Notes: generated from the sequence alone by a model not told the origin. 64,000 nucleotides of DNA from Mytilus edulis (GCF_963676685.1 NC_092346.1:5766001-5830000); one strand, 5' to 3'; positions 34,351-48,163 are shown, numbered from the stretch's first letter. A program made the numbers and translations.

Positions 34351-36273
34351 ATTAAAATTTGTCTATAACATATGTTGTAAGTGAAGAGATACCAGTAAAC
34401 TGTTAGCTCGAGTTCCTTTGACCTAACTGTACTTATATATATATATGTAATATAAACATTGTCCATCATGTTGTCCTTGAAGAGTACGGCTTTAGGAAAA
34501 GCAAAACATACATGTTATTACCAAACAGATAATTATAAAATATTACATTTGTCCTGTTGTCACATTAAACTTAAATTCATGGCGTCCGAACGTCTAAATG
34601 GCAATATATATATCATTAAGAATTAATAGGCTACCTGAATACACATCCTTACACCATTTTTTGTCTTTGATGTAAAAATGACCAATGGTAAGCTATGATT
34701 TAATATGACTTAGCGGAAAAGTTTAATATTAGTCGTTATCATGTAAGTTGACCTCTCTTGTCATGTCTTCTGACACATGGACATTCATTTTCTCCGGCCA
34801 CGATGGTCAGTTATGGACTATTTTCTTTGAGGTACAGATTTAATCGCATATTTTACCTGCATGAGTTAACAATGACCATTATTACAACATTTTATTTTAT
34901 CTAGATATGGACAAAATATTTTATGTATTACATGAACTTGTGGTCACCAAAACATTTTTGACCTAAAAACGTGACTGATTTTTATCTTGTAAGTAATATT
35001 TAATGTAAAAATGCTCAAGATTGTTTCGAACGTAACTTCCAGTGGAAAATATTTCATGTACATTGTATATTTCGAACGACTTTCACCGGGTTTGATTATA
35101 TGTTTGTATTGTGTATGTTTGATATGTATGTATATATATTTATTGTGTTTGTTGTGTTTTATAAAATACATGTTGGTCACAAACTGTAAAGTTTATACGA
35201 CTATAAAATATTTGATTTGATTTGATTTAATTAAGGAACATTTTAGCGTTTTCGCCAGTTTAAAAGATACGTTGTGGATATGTTATAACTCTGTAAGTGG
35301 CGCAGTGGTGAGAGTAGCAAAGCTACTATTTTTCCTGCATCAAATCTCAAAGATGTGTGTGGGGTCCCCCCCTCTTTTCATCCGTTTATACAAAGAAAGT
35401 CTATAAGACATATGAATATATATAAACATTTAAGAATTAATACACGCAGATGCAAAGAGCAAAAAATAACAGTTTTTGAACAAACAAAAATTATATTATT
35501 TATTTATTAATGTTATTACTTATATGCGAATCAGATGAAAAAGTCTATTTAGATATCAGGAGTGTAAATCTAATACTAACATGAAATCAAGTTTTGTCTT
35601 ACACTCTTTTAACCATTTCCTCGTTTGTTTAAAACACGAATAACTGAAGAACATTCCACACCATCTCCTTCCTGAACAAGTACACTAAACAATATATGAA
35701 TGACAGATATAAGAGTCAATACTACCATGTCTTTTGTAGACGAAACAGGCGTCTGGCGTAATTATAAAATTTTAATCCTGGTATCTATCATTAGTTTATT
35801 GACCAACTCTGATAAATCAGAGGACAATTGATTAATATATTAATTGCGACAGAGGCTACTGTATAGATATAAGTAAACAAATATATATATAAAAAAAAAC
35901 AAAGGCTTTTGGCTTTTCCGATAGAATTATAAACTTTTTCCAAAAAAAAGTAGAGCACTTCTGATCGGCCTCAGATTTGTTTAGTACACAACCCATTGGA
36001 ATATTTTTAGTAGTGGCGAAAAACAACTAAATAAAGTTACACGATGAAACATAAACATTCTATTTGTGGTCCTTATTTCATCATTATCCGAATGATTTGT
36101 GTAACATAACAGATGCCATCTGACTTAAAGCTATTAATGTAGGTGTTTTAATTCTAATGGACGTTACATCGTTTCGTGTGGCCAATATCTCTACAAATAA
36201 ACCACAGGCGCTTGGGGAAAGGACTCCAGATTTTTCTATATATATATTTATATTCTTTATCTTTTCTTTTTTA

Positions 36274-36577
36274 GGGAGCTACCATTTGATTTTTATGGGG
36301 GGGGGGGGGGGGGGGGGGGGGCTAGGATGAAAAATTTTGTCCTGCTTTTTTTTAGTTGTAATATCTGTCCTGCCTGTTTTATTTTTTACTCTATTCGGAC
36401 CTGCCTTTTTTTTTTTACTAGTTTATCCTGACTTTTTTTTACACAAATTGTCATCCTGCCTTTTTTTTAACAAGATTCTCATCCTGCCTTTTTTTTTTAC
36501 TCAAAACTCCTGTCCTGCCTATTTTTTTCAAATTTCATCCTAGCCCCCACCCCACTAAAAATCAAATGGTAGCTCCC
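36274..36577. mobile_element. MITE with TTAA-like TSD (Kolobok-like)
   Basis: TIR GGGAGCTACCATTTGATTTTTA..GGGG..GCTAGGATGAAA and its inverse; internal TCCTGCC repeats. Confidence 0.75.
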
Positions 36578-39500
36578 TTAACATTTTTATTTCTTATCGT
36601 AACAAACGTTTGTATAAAATGCCTTTCTATATTTATTTTCGAAGTAGAATGTCATAGTATATGTACTGATGACAAAGCTTAACTTTTGAATTTGTTGTAA
36701 CCGCCTACTAATCAACACATACAAATCAACAACAATTAACACTTTTATTAATGTTAAGACGATAGATATTGAGTTCTGATTTTTCACAAAATTGATAATA
36801 TATTTGTGATGACCAGAGTGTGAAACACCCCAGGGGATCATGTTGAAATGCAAAGAAGTCAGTTTCGTCCCCTTTGAGAAAAATAAAGGAAGTACAACAA
36901 GCAAACAGAAATGCCAATGTCAAGCAGGGAAAATTAGATAAATGCTATAAATGGATATAATCATGATACATTGGGTATGAATCAGAGATGCCACAAGAAA
37001 AGAAGGATCTGCCTATCCTTCAGGATCATCTGACACGATCCTGTATTTTTGTTGACTTGTTTTTAGTTTTTGGGGGTAATGTTGGTCTCTTCAGTGTTTG
37101 TCTTTTCGAAAAAGAAAAAAAGACAACCTTCAACTCATGATTTTTGATTGCTGTTTTAATATATTTTGAGTTATTGTCATCATTGTGAGTCTTGCTATGT
37201 CAGCGTATGTAAGTAAAATAATTAATGAAAATGTGTCTTCCAGAGACATGACTTAATTTTCAGAGACACCATAATGATTTATATGGAAGATGTGTTATGC
37301 TTTATTTATCGCGGATACTTTATTTCGTATTTAGCTTTTCCCTGCCTTTTTATTTTTCACTCTATTCGGTCCTGCGTTTGAAAAAGATGACAGTCATTCA
37401 ATGTAAAAATTATACCTTATACGGGCCTGTGCTGAACTGAAGATTCTTCGTACCTACATGTATAATTGCATTTAGGAACGCACCGAAAATATGATTGTTC
37501 AAAACCATGAACTTCTGATCTGTGAAAACCGGCTATATATATCTTTATTAGCATCCCTTAGGAGAGATAGTGATACCAATACAATGTTAATGCATAACAC
37601 AATGTATACAAATTTGAATAGATAAACATACAAAAGAAAAAAAAATATAATTGAAAGTACTTTAAATTTAATTCACATTGTTAATTAGGATTGAGAAAAA
37701 ACTTTGAACTTAATTCATATTGTCAATTAGGAATGAGAAAATGTTTTGCAAAATCTGTGCATAAAAATTGAAAACGTTTTTTCTGTTCACAGTCTAGTAT
37801 ATGATTGTTCAAAACCATGAACTTCTGATCTGAGAAAACGGGCTATATATCTCTCCTATTTCAGTTCATAAACACATTTTGAGTGAAAAATGAAAAGACA
37901 GGACAGAGATTACAACTAAAAAATGCAGGATTTTTTTTCATCCACTAACACCACGTAAAAATTAAATGGTAGACCCCTTAACATAGACATATCGACCGTC
38001 CGTCGGTCTTCCTGGTTCATTTAATCCATCTTCAAACTGAATTAAAGAGTCAACATAAGTATTATACGAAATTTGATTTCTTACAGCATTGATTTCAATG
38101 GTGAAGACGTAACAGTTTAACTTGGTTTACAAATGATGCTTAGATTGGGATTTCAAGGTGAAACTAATGAACAAGTTTAAATCAAATGTTTGTTTGGTCG
38201 CCTAAGCAATGAATGGCGTGTTCAGTTTTTGTATTATTCATTTATTCAATTTGATTGCTTGTTTTAAATTCATCGGTATATATTTTATGCACATTTTATA
38301 GGACAAACATCTATTAATAATCGATAGTTGATATATTAGGTACAATGTAAGTCTTCCTAGAATATTACATGATGAGTTTGTTTGGAAGCTTGTTCTTTAT
38401 TAAAGGTTTCGTTTACCTCTCTTCTACATCTGTTTTTTTTAAACATTTCGGAGCACCTACTGTGAATGTATTCAATTTAGAGGGTTCCAACTTTCGTAGA
38501 TTGGGAAAACATCGCATGTTTGTGAATATTCGATTTTATGATAATGCCTATGTATGCATATTAAAGCTTATGTAAAAACTAAAATCACAAAAATACCGAG
38601 CTCCGTGGAAAATTCAAATCGTAAAGTCCCTATCTTTATTTTTACATTGAAATTCGTAGTTTGCCTATTTACACGGAAACCACGAACAAATGTTATACCG
38701 CGAAATTGGTGTTCCGCAAATGAGAGGGAATCCACAGTATTTATTTGTTTGTATTTTCGTCGTTATTTATTCGGCTATGATGTTGTCTACTTTCGTGTTT
38801 GAATTTTGTTTTTTGAGTGCCAATGTCGCTTGGCCACTAAACATCGTGGACATAGTTATGTGTATGGAACGCCATAGCTGTCTTATGTGTCTTTTTTATT
38901 GCTTTTTTATTATAAGATGGTGGTTTTCTGTTATAAGGTGCTTTTTTATTATAAGGTGCTTTTTTATTATACGATGGTGCTTTTCTATTATACGATGGTG
39001 GTTCCCGTGATTAACCGGAAGTGTGGAGTTTATTTGAAAAAAGGGACGGACCAATTGCTATTAATGAAATATGAAAAAAAAAATCAAGAAAATCAATTAA
39101 GTCTTTAAAAATTTTTAGGGATTATTATATTTGAAATAAAGAAAAATAATTAAACATAAATGATTTATATTAGTGAATTTATCAATATACCGGAATTCTA
39201 CCACCTGCTAAAACCGGCATTGTTTTAGACGATATATATGGAAAAATGGCGGGATCTATTAAAAATGCTTTTAACCCAAGTCTAATAGTAAAAAATATGT
39301 ACATTCAGCTACATACTATATATATATAGCTAGTACCTCGGACAGTTTTGAAAAGTACATTTTTTTAAACAATGGACTTGTGTTCTCCCGCAATACTTGT
39401 GACACAGTAAAACCTGTCTAAACTGAACCGATTACAGTTAGTTGAAGTAGAGACATATAAAACAAGAGAGTGGAAACTCTGAATATTATACAATAGAAAA

Positions 39501-39689
39501 TTGAAGAGGTTTCGGTCTGGAACATTTTATGACAAAATCAAGTTTTCATATTATCATGACAATATTTTGAAACTTACTAAATAACAAAGTATTTTGATAC
39601 TTCTTTTACAACTTCTGTGATATATTTAGATATCTTGTTAAGTTTTTGAAAAATTAAGGAATATATCTGAAAACTTAACTACCTTCTTT

Positions 39690-39724
<35 letters not shown>

Positions 39725-40019
39725 TTATACATGTTATATTCTTATCAAAGCATGTGGCTGCGATATTTCTCGAGATTTCACAAAGTTGCTTATCACTAGT
39801 ATTATATGTCTCTGGTTGAAGTATTTTTTAATTTGGCAAATTGTAAGACCAATGACTTAATATTCAGGACACAATGATTTTCAGTTCAAACAAAAACATT
39901 TAAATATTTGTTCATTATCGATCAAATTCTTTTAATGCATGTAAAAGTCACAGTTACATAAGTTTTCATTTAAAGCATTATCGAAGAATTTCATTTAGCT
40001 GAACCATGTAGCCAACCTT

Positions 40020-40320
40020 TATATGATGATGACTGATGTACCCATATTTTGACTATTTTATTTATTGTGTCTGTTTATTTAACGCATCAATGTAAAAATA
40101 TCGGAAATTGATGAGACTGTCATTAAAGTGAGAGGGTTAGCGCTATAGAACCAGGTTTAATCCACCATTTTCTACATTTGAAAATGCTTGTACCAAGTCA
40201 GGAATATGACAGTTCTTGTCCATTCGTTTTTGATGTGTTTTGTTTGATTTTGCCATGTGATTATGGACTTTCCCAATTGATCTTCCTCTAAGTTCAGTAT
40301 TTTTGTGATTTTTATTTTTT
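40020..40320 (+). mobile_element. Abundant SINE-like repeat (CCAGGTTTAATCCACC...GTACCAAGTCAGGAATATGACAG)
   Basis: Related pieces at about 19495-19635 (-), 32910-33185 (-), 52405-52555 (-) and 53025-53060. Confidence 0.6.
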
Positions 40321-40639
40321 TATATAAAGATACAACAGGGAATGGGAATAATTCGATATAAAACATCAAACAGCACCAACACCATCAATCAAGCCATCAA
40401 AATAGAGACATACAGCGACAACACAAAAAGGAAAATGTACAGAAGGAAGAGAGAATTCCCGACTTGATACAGGCACTCTGGCAAATCTTGGCAGAGTGGT
40501 GGGGTTGAACCATGTTTATGGGTACACTAACCTTGCCCCTCAATCTACTCGACTTCCTATCAAGATTCGAAAGACGCGCAGCAAAAAGACTTGCACAATT
40601 CAATTGCCAACTCGGCGTCCTTATAAGTTAGAAAAATTG

Positions 40640-40995
40640 GTTATAATGTTTTTTACTTTTCTACATTGGCTAGAGGTATAGGGGGAGGGTTGAGATCTCA
40701 CAAACATGTTTAACCCCATCGCATTTTGCGCTTGTCCCAAGTAAGGAGCCTCTGGCCTTTGTTAGTCTTGTTTTATTTTATTTTAGTTTCTTGTGTACAA
40801 TTTGGAAATTAGTATGGCGTTCATTATCACTGAACTAGTATATATTTGTTATGGGGCCAGCTGAAGGACGCCTTCGGGTGCGGGAATTTCTCGCTACATT
40901 GAAGACCTGTTGGTGACCTTCTGCTGTTGTTTTTTTTCTATTGTCGGGTTGATGTCTCTTTGACATATTCCCCATTTCCATTCTCAATTTTATAA
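40640..40995 (+). mobile_element. SINE-like interspersed repeat nested in the IS3EU element
   Basis: GC-richer block; its 3' part (TTGAAGACC..TTGG...CCCCATTTCCATTCTCAATT) recurs at about 1790-1900. Confidence 0.55.
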
Positions 40996-41223
40996 TAAAT
41001 ACTAAAATAGTTAGAGGATCTACAGATCTGTACGTTGTTCGTGTACTACCTCTACACAAAATGATACAGTTATATATAACCAATATACCACTTTAAAGCT
41101 TTAAGTTGTTGAAAGTCATGGGGTTTTATAAGATTAAGTATATAAAGAAGTTATGCAGTTATCCATTTACGTTCAAGATATGAAGGCAATTTAGTAAATT
41201 ACAAACAAGTTTTAATAACCAGT

Positions 41224-42184
41224 TTAGTTATTTCTTTCAGTGACTTCCAAACATTCAAGATAATAATCTATTCCAAAGTTAGTATTGCTTCTTATCAATT
41301 GTTGAGTTAAATCCAGCCTGCATTGATCACTTATCATGTGTGCAAGGGGTCCAAATATTGGTCTCTCGCCCTCTTCTACATCATTTTGATCCACATAGCC
41401 TTCAATTCCATAGTCTTGCAAATTTGCTTCTCGGTAATTCCTACGGCATTTTGAAGTTGACCTGAAGTCCACAAGCTCAATGGAGATGAATTAACAGTGC
41501 GTAGTCTATGACCAGCCCATGCCTCTGCCCAAAATTGCAGCTTCCTGTTTATTTCGCCCATGAAAACAAAGTGGAGAGCAGCTTAGTTTGTCAGTTTTAG
41601 TGGGTCTAGATAACCTTCATCTTCCATGAAATAAAATAATTTGTAAAAGTAACTAAGCACACCTTCATACACATCTCTCCATAGTCTTTTTCCCGTTACC
41701 ATACTGTTTGTGCCTTTTTGAATCAACATGTAGTTTGCCACAGAAACATTTTCCAATCCTTTGTCAGACCTAACTTTATTGGATATCCCATACTTTGCAA
41801 CACCGGAGAAGAAACAATCCAAAACTGTTCTTGATGTGTTGTTGTCGGTACATTTTAAAAATGTTATCAATCGACTAAACCCGTCAATGCCACCTACAAT
41901 TACAAATCTCCACTTTTTAGAACAGACTTTGGAATATCAAATTTCGGAGGGCCGCATTTAGAGTTTATTTTATTAGGGGCGGACGTTCCATATTTTACAC
42001 ATTCAGTTCTTAACTTCATCATATCTGCCCTACTAGATACACCTAATATTTCCATTTCATGTGTCGAAAGCCTACATACAATGTCTGGAGTGATTTTCTC
42101 TCTCTCAAAGTTTGGAAATGCTTGCTGCAAGTTTAATTTCTGTAAAAAAATTAACATTTTAGTATTCACAGCCATGGCCGCCAT
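41224..42184 (-). pseudogene. IS3EU-like DDE transposase pseudogene with SAM-like N-terminus
   Basis: WRFVIVGGIDGFSRLITFLKCTDNNTSRTVLDCF...KVRSDKGLEN...RLWRDV...LHFVF...AWAGHRLRT..SPLSLW. Contains an in-frame stop, frameshifts, and apparent deletions of the HTH/first-Asp region and of the NQRIE (catalytic Glu) segment expected in this family. Confidence 0.85.
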
Positions 42185-42236
42185 GTTGGTTCGGTGAGAT
42201 TCAAATACACACCACGCTTCCGGTTAATCACGGGAA

Positions 42237-42725
42237 CCACCATCGTATAATAAAAAAGCACCTTATAACAAAAAAGCACCTTATAATAAAAAAGCATCTT
42301 ATAATAAAAAAGCACCTTATAATAGAAAACCACCATCTTATAATAGAAAAGCACCATCTTATAATAGAAAAGCACCTTCGTATAGTAGAAAACCACCATC
42401 TTATAATAGAAAACCACCATCTTATAATAGAAAACCACCATCTTATAATAGAAAAGCACCTTCGTATAATAGAAAACCACCATCTTATAATAGAAAAGCA
42501 CCTTCGTATAGTAGAAAACCACCATCTTATAATAGAAAACCACCATCTTATAATAGAAAACCACCATCTTATAATAGAAAACCACCATCTAATAATAGAA
42601 AACCACCTTCGTATAATAGAAAACCACCATCTTATAATAGAAAACCACCATCTTATAATAGAAAGGCACCTTCGTATAATAGAAAACAACCATCTTATAA
42701 TAGAAAACCACCATCTTATAATAAA
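42237..42725. repeat. 21/18-bp tandem array inside the right IS3EU TIR (about 24 units)
   Basis: Unit TTATAATAGAAAACCACCATC; only about 5 units in the left TIR (38905-39001). Confidence 0.95.
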
Positions 42726-43616
42726 AAAAGCAATAAAAAAGACACATAAGACAGCTATGGCGTTCCATACATGTGCTTAGGAAAGTGAAGCAGTTTTGTT
42801 CCATTGAGATTTTTTTTCAGACGAAAAACTCACATAACTATTGAATAATTGAGTGAGCTTCAAGATTAAAGATTACAAGGAGATGGTGTTTTAATAAGGC
42901 AATTTTAACCTCAATCATTTTTTGCTTTCTTGTTTCTTCTTCTGACGAACAGTTTTATTCAAACCGATCCTATTTAATTCATAACCTTCATTAAAATATA
43001 GTACATAGAAACCAGGAACTATAAAATTAGCAAATTATGTGATATTTGAGACATAACAGGATGTTCCTAAGATTAATAATTTTTACGTATGAGCATCCCT
43101 GATGAAATATCTTTCAGAAAAGGGAGTAATACAACGAAAATCATATTATATTGTCGATTTTCTCATTCTTATTCATTGATACAACGTCTGAAATAGAATG
43201 TACTGAATAATCCGTGAATGACATTGTTTAGGCGAAATAAAGGAAGCGTCATGAAGGTAAACTATTGACGTTAAAACAAATACAGAAATTTAAAAGAAAA
43301 CAAATATTGAGAACAGTTTTATAGTTGCAACCATTTCATTGAGATTATCTTTTTATCCGTAATATTGATAAAAAAAAAAAAAGAAAAAAAAGGATCTTTT
43401 TCATCATATTTCAGACCACGCATACAAAAGCTCAACAAAATAATTTTGAGGCCTAAGGTACAAAAAAAAAGTTATAAGTCAAATATAAACAGACAAGCCC
43501 ATGACCAACCGGGTTGATTTTTTGTTCTCCGGAAGGTTATTTATGTATTGCGATAGCTCACTTTACCCCCTAGAATCATGGACAAGAAAAACGCACCAAT
43601 CATTCATCGCAAAAAT

Positions 43617-43775
43617 ATTTGGTGATAACAAAATCACAACAGTAGATTGAGGTGATAACAAAATCACAACAGTAGATTGAGGTGATAAAATCACAACAGT
43701 AGATTGAGTTGATAACAAAATCACAACAGTAGATTGAGATGATAACAAAATCACAACAGTAGATTGGGGTGATAA
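43617..43775. repeat. 30-bp tandem repeat x5 (GTGATAACAAAATCACAACAGTAGATTGAG)
   Basis: Direct reading; one unit has a 3-bp deletion. Confidence 0.95.
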
Positions 43776-43869
43776 TTCATTTTGAACCAAAAAACCAAAA
43801 GGAAAACAACCATGGGAAACGCATGTACCAAGGAGATATAAATGACATCGGGTGCGCCGATAATATGAA

Positions 43870-44932
43870 CTATAGACAATAGTTTACCGATGCTAAAAGT
43901 GTGTCGGACTATGAATTTGTCACTTGTCATGAAAATAATGTCAGGATAGTCAATAGTAGTTTACCGAGTCTCAACTTGTCTCGTACTACTAGTATATATT
44001 TATCAGTCGTCATGAAAATCATATCACGGTACACAACATGTGTTTACCAATGCTCAACGAGTCTCGTACAATGTTTTAATCAGTCGTCATGAAAATAATG
44101 TGATGATAGACAATAAATAGTATTTTAACGTTGCTCAACTTGTATCGTACTATGTATTAATCAGTCATCATGAAAACATTTTCCCGAAAGACAATAGTAG
44201 TTTACCGTTGCTCAACTTTTCTCGTACTACGTATTGATCAGTTGTCATGAAAATAATGTAACGATAGACAATAGATATTTACCGATGCTCAACTTGTCTC
44301 GTACTATGTATTTATAACTCGTCATGAAAATAATGTAACGATAGACAAGAGTAGTTTAGCGATACTCAACTTGTCTCGTACTATGTATTTATCAGTCGTC
44401 ATGAAAATAATGTAACGATAGACAATAATAGTTTAGCGATACTCAACTTGTCTCGTACTATGTATTTATCAGTCGTCATGAAAATAATGTAACGATAGAC
44501 AATAGTAGTTTAACGATACTCAACTTGTCTCGTACTATGTATTTATCAGTCGTCATGAAAATAATGTAACGATAGACAATAATAGTTTAGCGATACTCAA
44601 CTTGTCTCGTTCTATGTATTTATCAGTCGTCATGAAAATAATGTAACAATAGACAATAATAATGTAACGATAGACAATAATAGTTTAGCGATACTCAACT
44701 TGTCTCGAACTATGTATTTATCACTCGTCATGAAATAATGTATCGATAGACAATAGTAGTTTAGCGATACTCAACTTGTCTCGTACTATGTATTGATCAT
44801 TCGTCATGAAATAATGTATCTATAGACAATAATAGTTTACCGAGGCTTAACTTGTCTCGTACTATATATTTATCAGTCGTCATGAAAATAATGTCATAAT
44901 AGACAATTGTAGTTTACAAATGCTCAATGTGT
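43870..44932. repeat. 77-bp satellite array (GTCATGAAAATAATGTAACGATAGACAATAGTAGTTTA..CTCAACTTGTCTCGTACTATGTATTTATCAGTC), about 14 units
   Basis: Period 77 (44398 to 44475). Homogeneous in the centre and diverged at the edges; resumes at 45511-45575 after a MITE. Confidence 0.93.
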
Positions 44933-44935
44933 CAA

Positions 44936-45510
44936 AGGAGTAGGTCCGGTAAGGACCGATTTTGGCCTCAAATTTCAGGTTCATCTGACGAAAGATTTTG
45001 ACCACTTTTTAAACAAGTGTCTATTTTATTTGAATTAATTAGTTTATGTGAAAGATTTAAACAGATTTAGTCATTAAAAACGATCCGATTCAAGCTCAAA
45101 TATGAAAAATCTATCTATTATGCCGAAAAATTTCACTTTTCAGATGGTTTTTGGTAAAAATGAAAGTGGCCGCATCCGTGTTCATCCTCAACCTTTATAT
45201 ATGTTATGCATTATAATCAAATACAACGTACATTTCAATATTAAGGATGAACACGAATGCGGCCATTTCGTTTTACACGAAAACCGTCTAAAATTTAACT
45301 AAAATGCTAGAATTTTGAGGATTTCAGTAATTTAGCATGACTTAATGGTGCTAGTACCGGATATATGTGCATTGTATTGTCAAACACAGCCCATATTTAT
45401 GTAGCAGAAGCATTCTACTGTCCAATAAATAACTAAAGGTTTAGATTTTAACAATTTTGTAAAACTGCTATATTTTGGGGCCAAAAAGGGGTCTTACTGA
45501 ATCTACTCCT
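44936..45510. mobile_element. Kolobok-like MITE inserted in the 77-bp satellite
   Basis: Imperfect TIR AGGAGTAGGTCCGGTAAGGACC..TTTTGGCC / GGCCAAAA..GGTCTTACTGAATCTACTCCT; TTAA-like flanks. Confidence 0.7.
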
Positions 45511-46085
45511 TTATCACTCGCCATTAAATAATGTCATAATAGACAATAGAAGTTTACCGATGCTCAATTTGTCAACTTTATCACCTGATTTTCTATATAT
45601 TTATTTATATTCTTTGTCATTTCTTTTCTTTTTTTACATTTTAGTTTATTTTCACTAATTTTATGCGTTATTGCTTGTATCGTAACAAACGTTTGTATAG
45701 AATGCCTTTCTATACTTATTTTCTAAGTAGAATATCATTGTCTATGTACTGATGACAAAGCTTAACTTCCAGTGTTTTTGAATTTATTGCAACCGCCTAC
45801 TGATCAACACCTACAAATCATCCACAATTAACACGTGTATTAATGTTAAGACGATTGATATTGAGTTCGTATTTTTTGTCCAATCACACTGCATAGACTT
45901 CTTACTTTGGAACATATTACAATAAAGAATACTAGTCTGCAATCATTTTTACTCTAAGGGGTGGAATTTAAGGCTTGTTTTTATCATAGTTGCCCTTAAT
46001 CAACTTTTTATTGATAAACTTACAAATTGCATAGGTAAAAAAAGTTCCTTTATTTATTAAGTGTAAAAATATATATCCCCCTTAA

Positions 46086-46510
46086 GGTGGCACGGTAGTA
46101 TTTCCTGGCCCATAAGGGATAATGATAGCCTTTTTAGAATTTTCACCACCTAACACTGCAAAAAATTCTACATTCACAGTTAACTGAAGTACTTTCATTT
46201 TACTATTCAGAAATGAATTTGAAAATGTATCATGACCGTTTACTTTTTTTGCTATTTTTAAAAACCTAAGGCCACTAGTTTTTTACGGTGCAGTGAATAC
46301 AAACTTCTCAAAAATTCTCAAAAATTCATTTTCATTTGTATGAAAAATTATTTCATATTTTTCTACACCTGATTCATCCCTCGGTTCGGGAAAGTATGTT
46401 CAGTTGATACTGTATTTTTTTGTCCAATTACACTGTTTAGATACATTTACCTAAGTAGGGTACACAAAAGAGCAACCTAAATTCAGTAATGCAAATACTA
46501 CCGTGCCACC
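46086..46510. mobile_element. MITE with TTAA TSD (Kolobok-like), copy 1
   Basis: TTAA|GGTGGCACGGTAGTATTT...AAATACTACCGTGCCACC|TTAA. Confidence 0.85.
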
Positions 46511-47734
46511 TTAACCAAGACATAACAAACGTGAAACCAATCATGACACCCATGATGCATAGACTTCTTACATTGGAACATATTACAATAAAGAATACTA
46601 GTCTGCAATCATTTGTTACCAAAAAAAATGAAACATTACATCCCTACCCCATCTGGCAGATTTACTCTTTTTTTTCTTCTTACCATTTTTACTTAAGGAG
46701 TGAACAAAACCCAAATATATGATGTTTCAAATCAACACAGAAGTCAAACATGGTGATTCAGGAGGAATTGTTGGATTGCCAACTCTGTTAATGGTTAATC
46801 TGACTGAAAGAAACAGTTTAAGCACAAAATCACGAAAACTGATATTAAAGTCCATTCCACATTTTACAGCATGCCTTATGTTACTTTAAACATTTCCAGA
46901 TTATGAGAGCAATACAACAAGAGTCTTTAGATTGCAGTTAACTATTATTCCAAAATCTGTTTGACAATACATGTACTAGAATACATCTCTAAGTTGACTG
47001 TTTGTCTATTTCTCATGTATGCATTAAGTTAAATTATGTCCCCTTACATAATCAATTTGCCTTTATTGTGCTTTTCACTGTCAGAAAATCTTAACAACTA
47101 ATGGTATTTGCATGGAAAATGAATAAACCATTTAATCTTGCTGATATAACATAATAAATACATTCTTTGTCAAAAATAATGTTTAGTCAATGTATAGAAA
47201 CCCCCTATTTCTATCTCTATTTCAGACCAATATGAGAGCTAAATGAATAAGTAAGGACCCCTTAATCACTTACTGGTTCCCCAAAAGCTCCTACTAGTGT
47301 CATGTTACATCAGAACTACAAATTAAACCTCAAGAAAACTAGTATAGCTGTACTTGTGTTGAAAAAAATAAGAAATTATGCAATTTATTTATTTCGGTGA
47401 AAATAATAGGATGTACATGCAACCGAAGAAATTTGCGTCTCAAATTTCAGTGGTTGCACATGTGTCAGACACTGCAAAAAGTTAAAGCGAGCATATACAA
47501 TTACAAATGTTTTGCAAGTTACATAAAAATAATGAAGTTCTACTTTCTAGGTAAATTTTGACATTATTACCTACAGATCAGGCAAAATTTGCTGTATCAG
47601 CAATTTTTACTCTAAGGGGTGGAATTTAAGGCTTGTTTTTATCATAGTTGCCCCTTTTATTGATAAACTTACAAATTGCATAGGTAAAAAAAGTTCCTTT
47701 ATTGATTAAGTGTAAAAATATATATCCCCCTTAA

Positions 47735-48161
47735 GGTGGCACGGTAGTATTTCCTGGCCCATAAGGGATAATGATAGCCTTTTTAGAATTTGCACCACCT
47801 TCTAACACTGCAAAAAATTCTACATTCACAGTTAACTGAAGTACTTTCATTTTACTATTCAGATATGAATTTGATTATGTATCATGACCGTTTACTTTTT
47901 TTGCTATTTTTAAAAACCTAAGGCCACTAGTCTTTTACGGTGCAGTGAATACAAAATTTAAAAAAAATCTCAAAATTCATTTTCATCTGTATGTAAAATT
48001 ATTTCATATTTTTCTACACCTGATTCATCCCTCGGTTCGGGAAAGTATGTTCAGTTGATACTGTATTTTTTTGTCCAATTACACTGTTTAGATACATTTA
48101 CCTAAGTAGGGTACACAAAAGAGCAACCTACATTCTGGAATGCAAATACTACCGTGCCACC
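47735..48161. mobile_element. Same MITE, copy 2, sharing about 135 bp of left flank with copy 1
   Basis: Near-identical to 46086-46510; right flank TGAA. Confidence 0.85.
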
Positions 48162-48163
48162 TG

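Larger units (their letters stand above)
38863..42769 (-). mobile_element. IS3EU-type DNA transposon, internally deleted, with nested SINE-like insertions
   Basis: Long TIRs beginning TATGGAACGCCATAGCTG (38863-39038; 42200-42769). 6-bp TSD TATGTG/CATGTG (5/6 match). TAY..RTA ends with a 6-bp TSD fit IS3EU. Encodes an integrase-like DDE remnant. A paralogous empty site lies at about 48165-48230. Confidence 0.85.

Noticed and set aside
39600-39990. Possible second ORF of the IS3EU element
   Set aside because: Only short, frameshifted stretches with no recognisable motif.
42166-42804. Repetitive ORFs (FYYKMVV / SIIRWWF)
   Set aside because: Open only because the TIR array units are multiples of 3.
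46715-46815. Possible minus-strand terminal exon (RLTINRVGNPTIPPESPCLTSVLI*)
   Set aside because: An acceptor is present, but I found no compatible upstream exon or recognisable homology.
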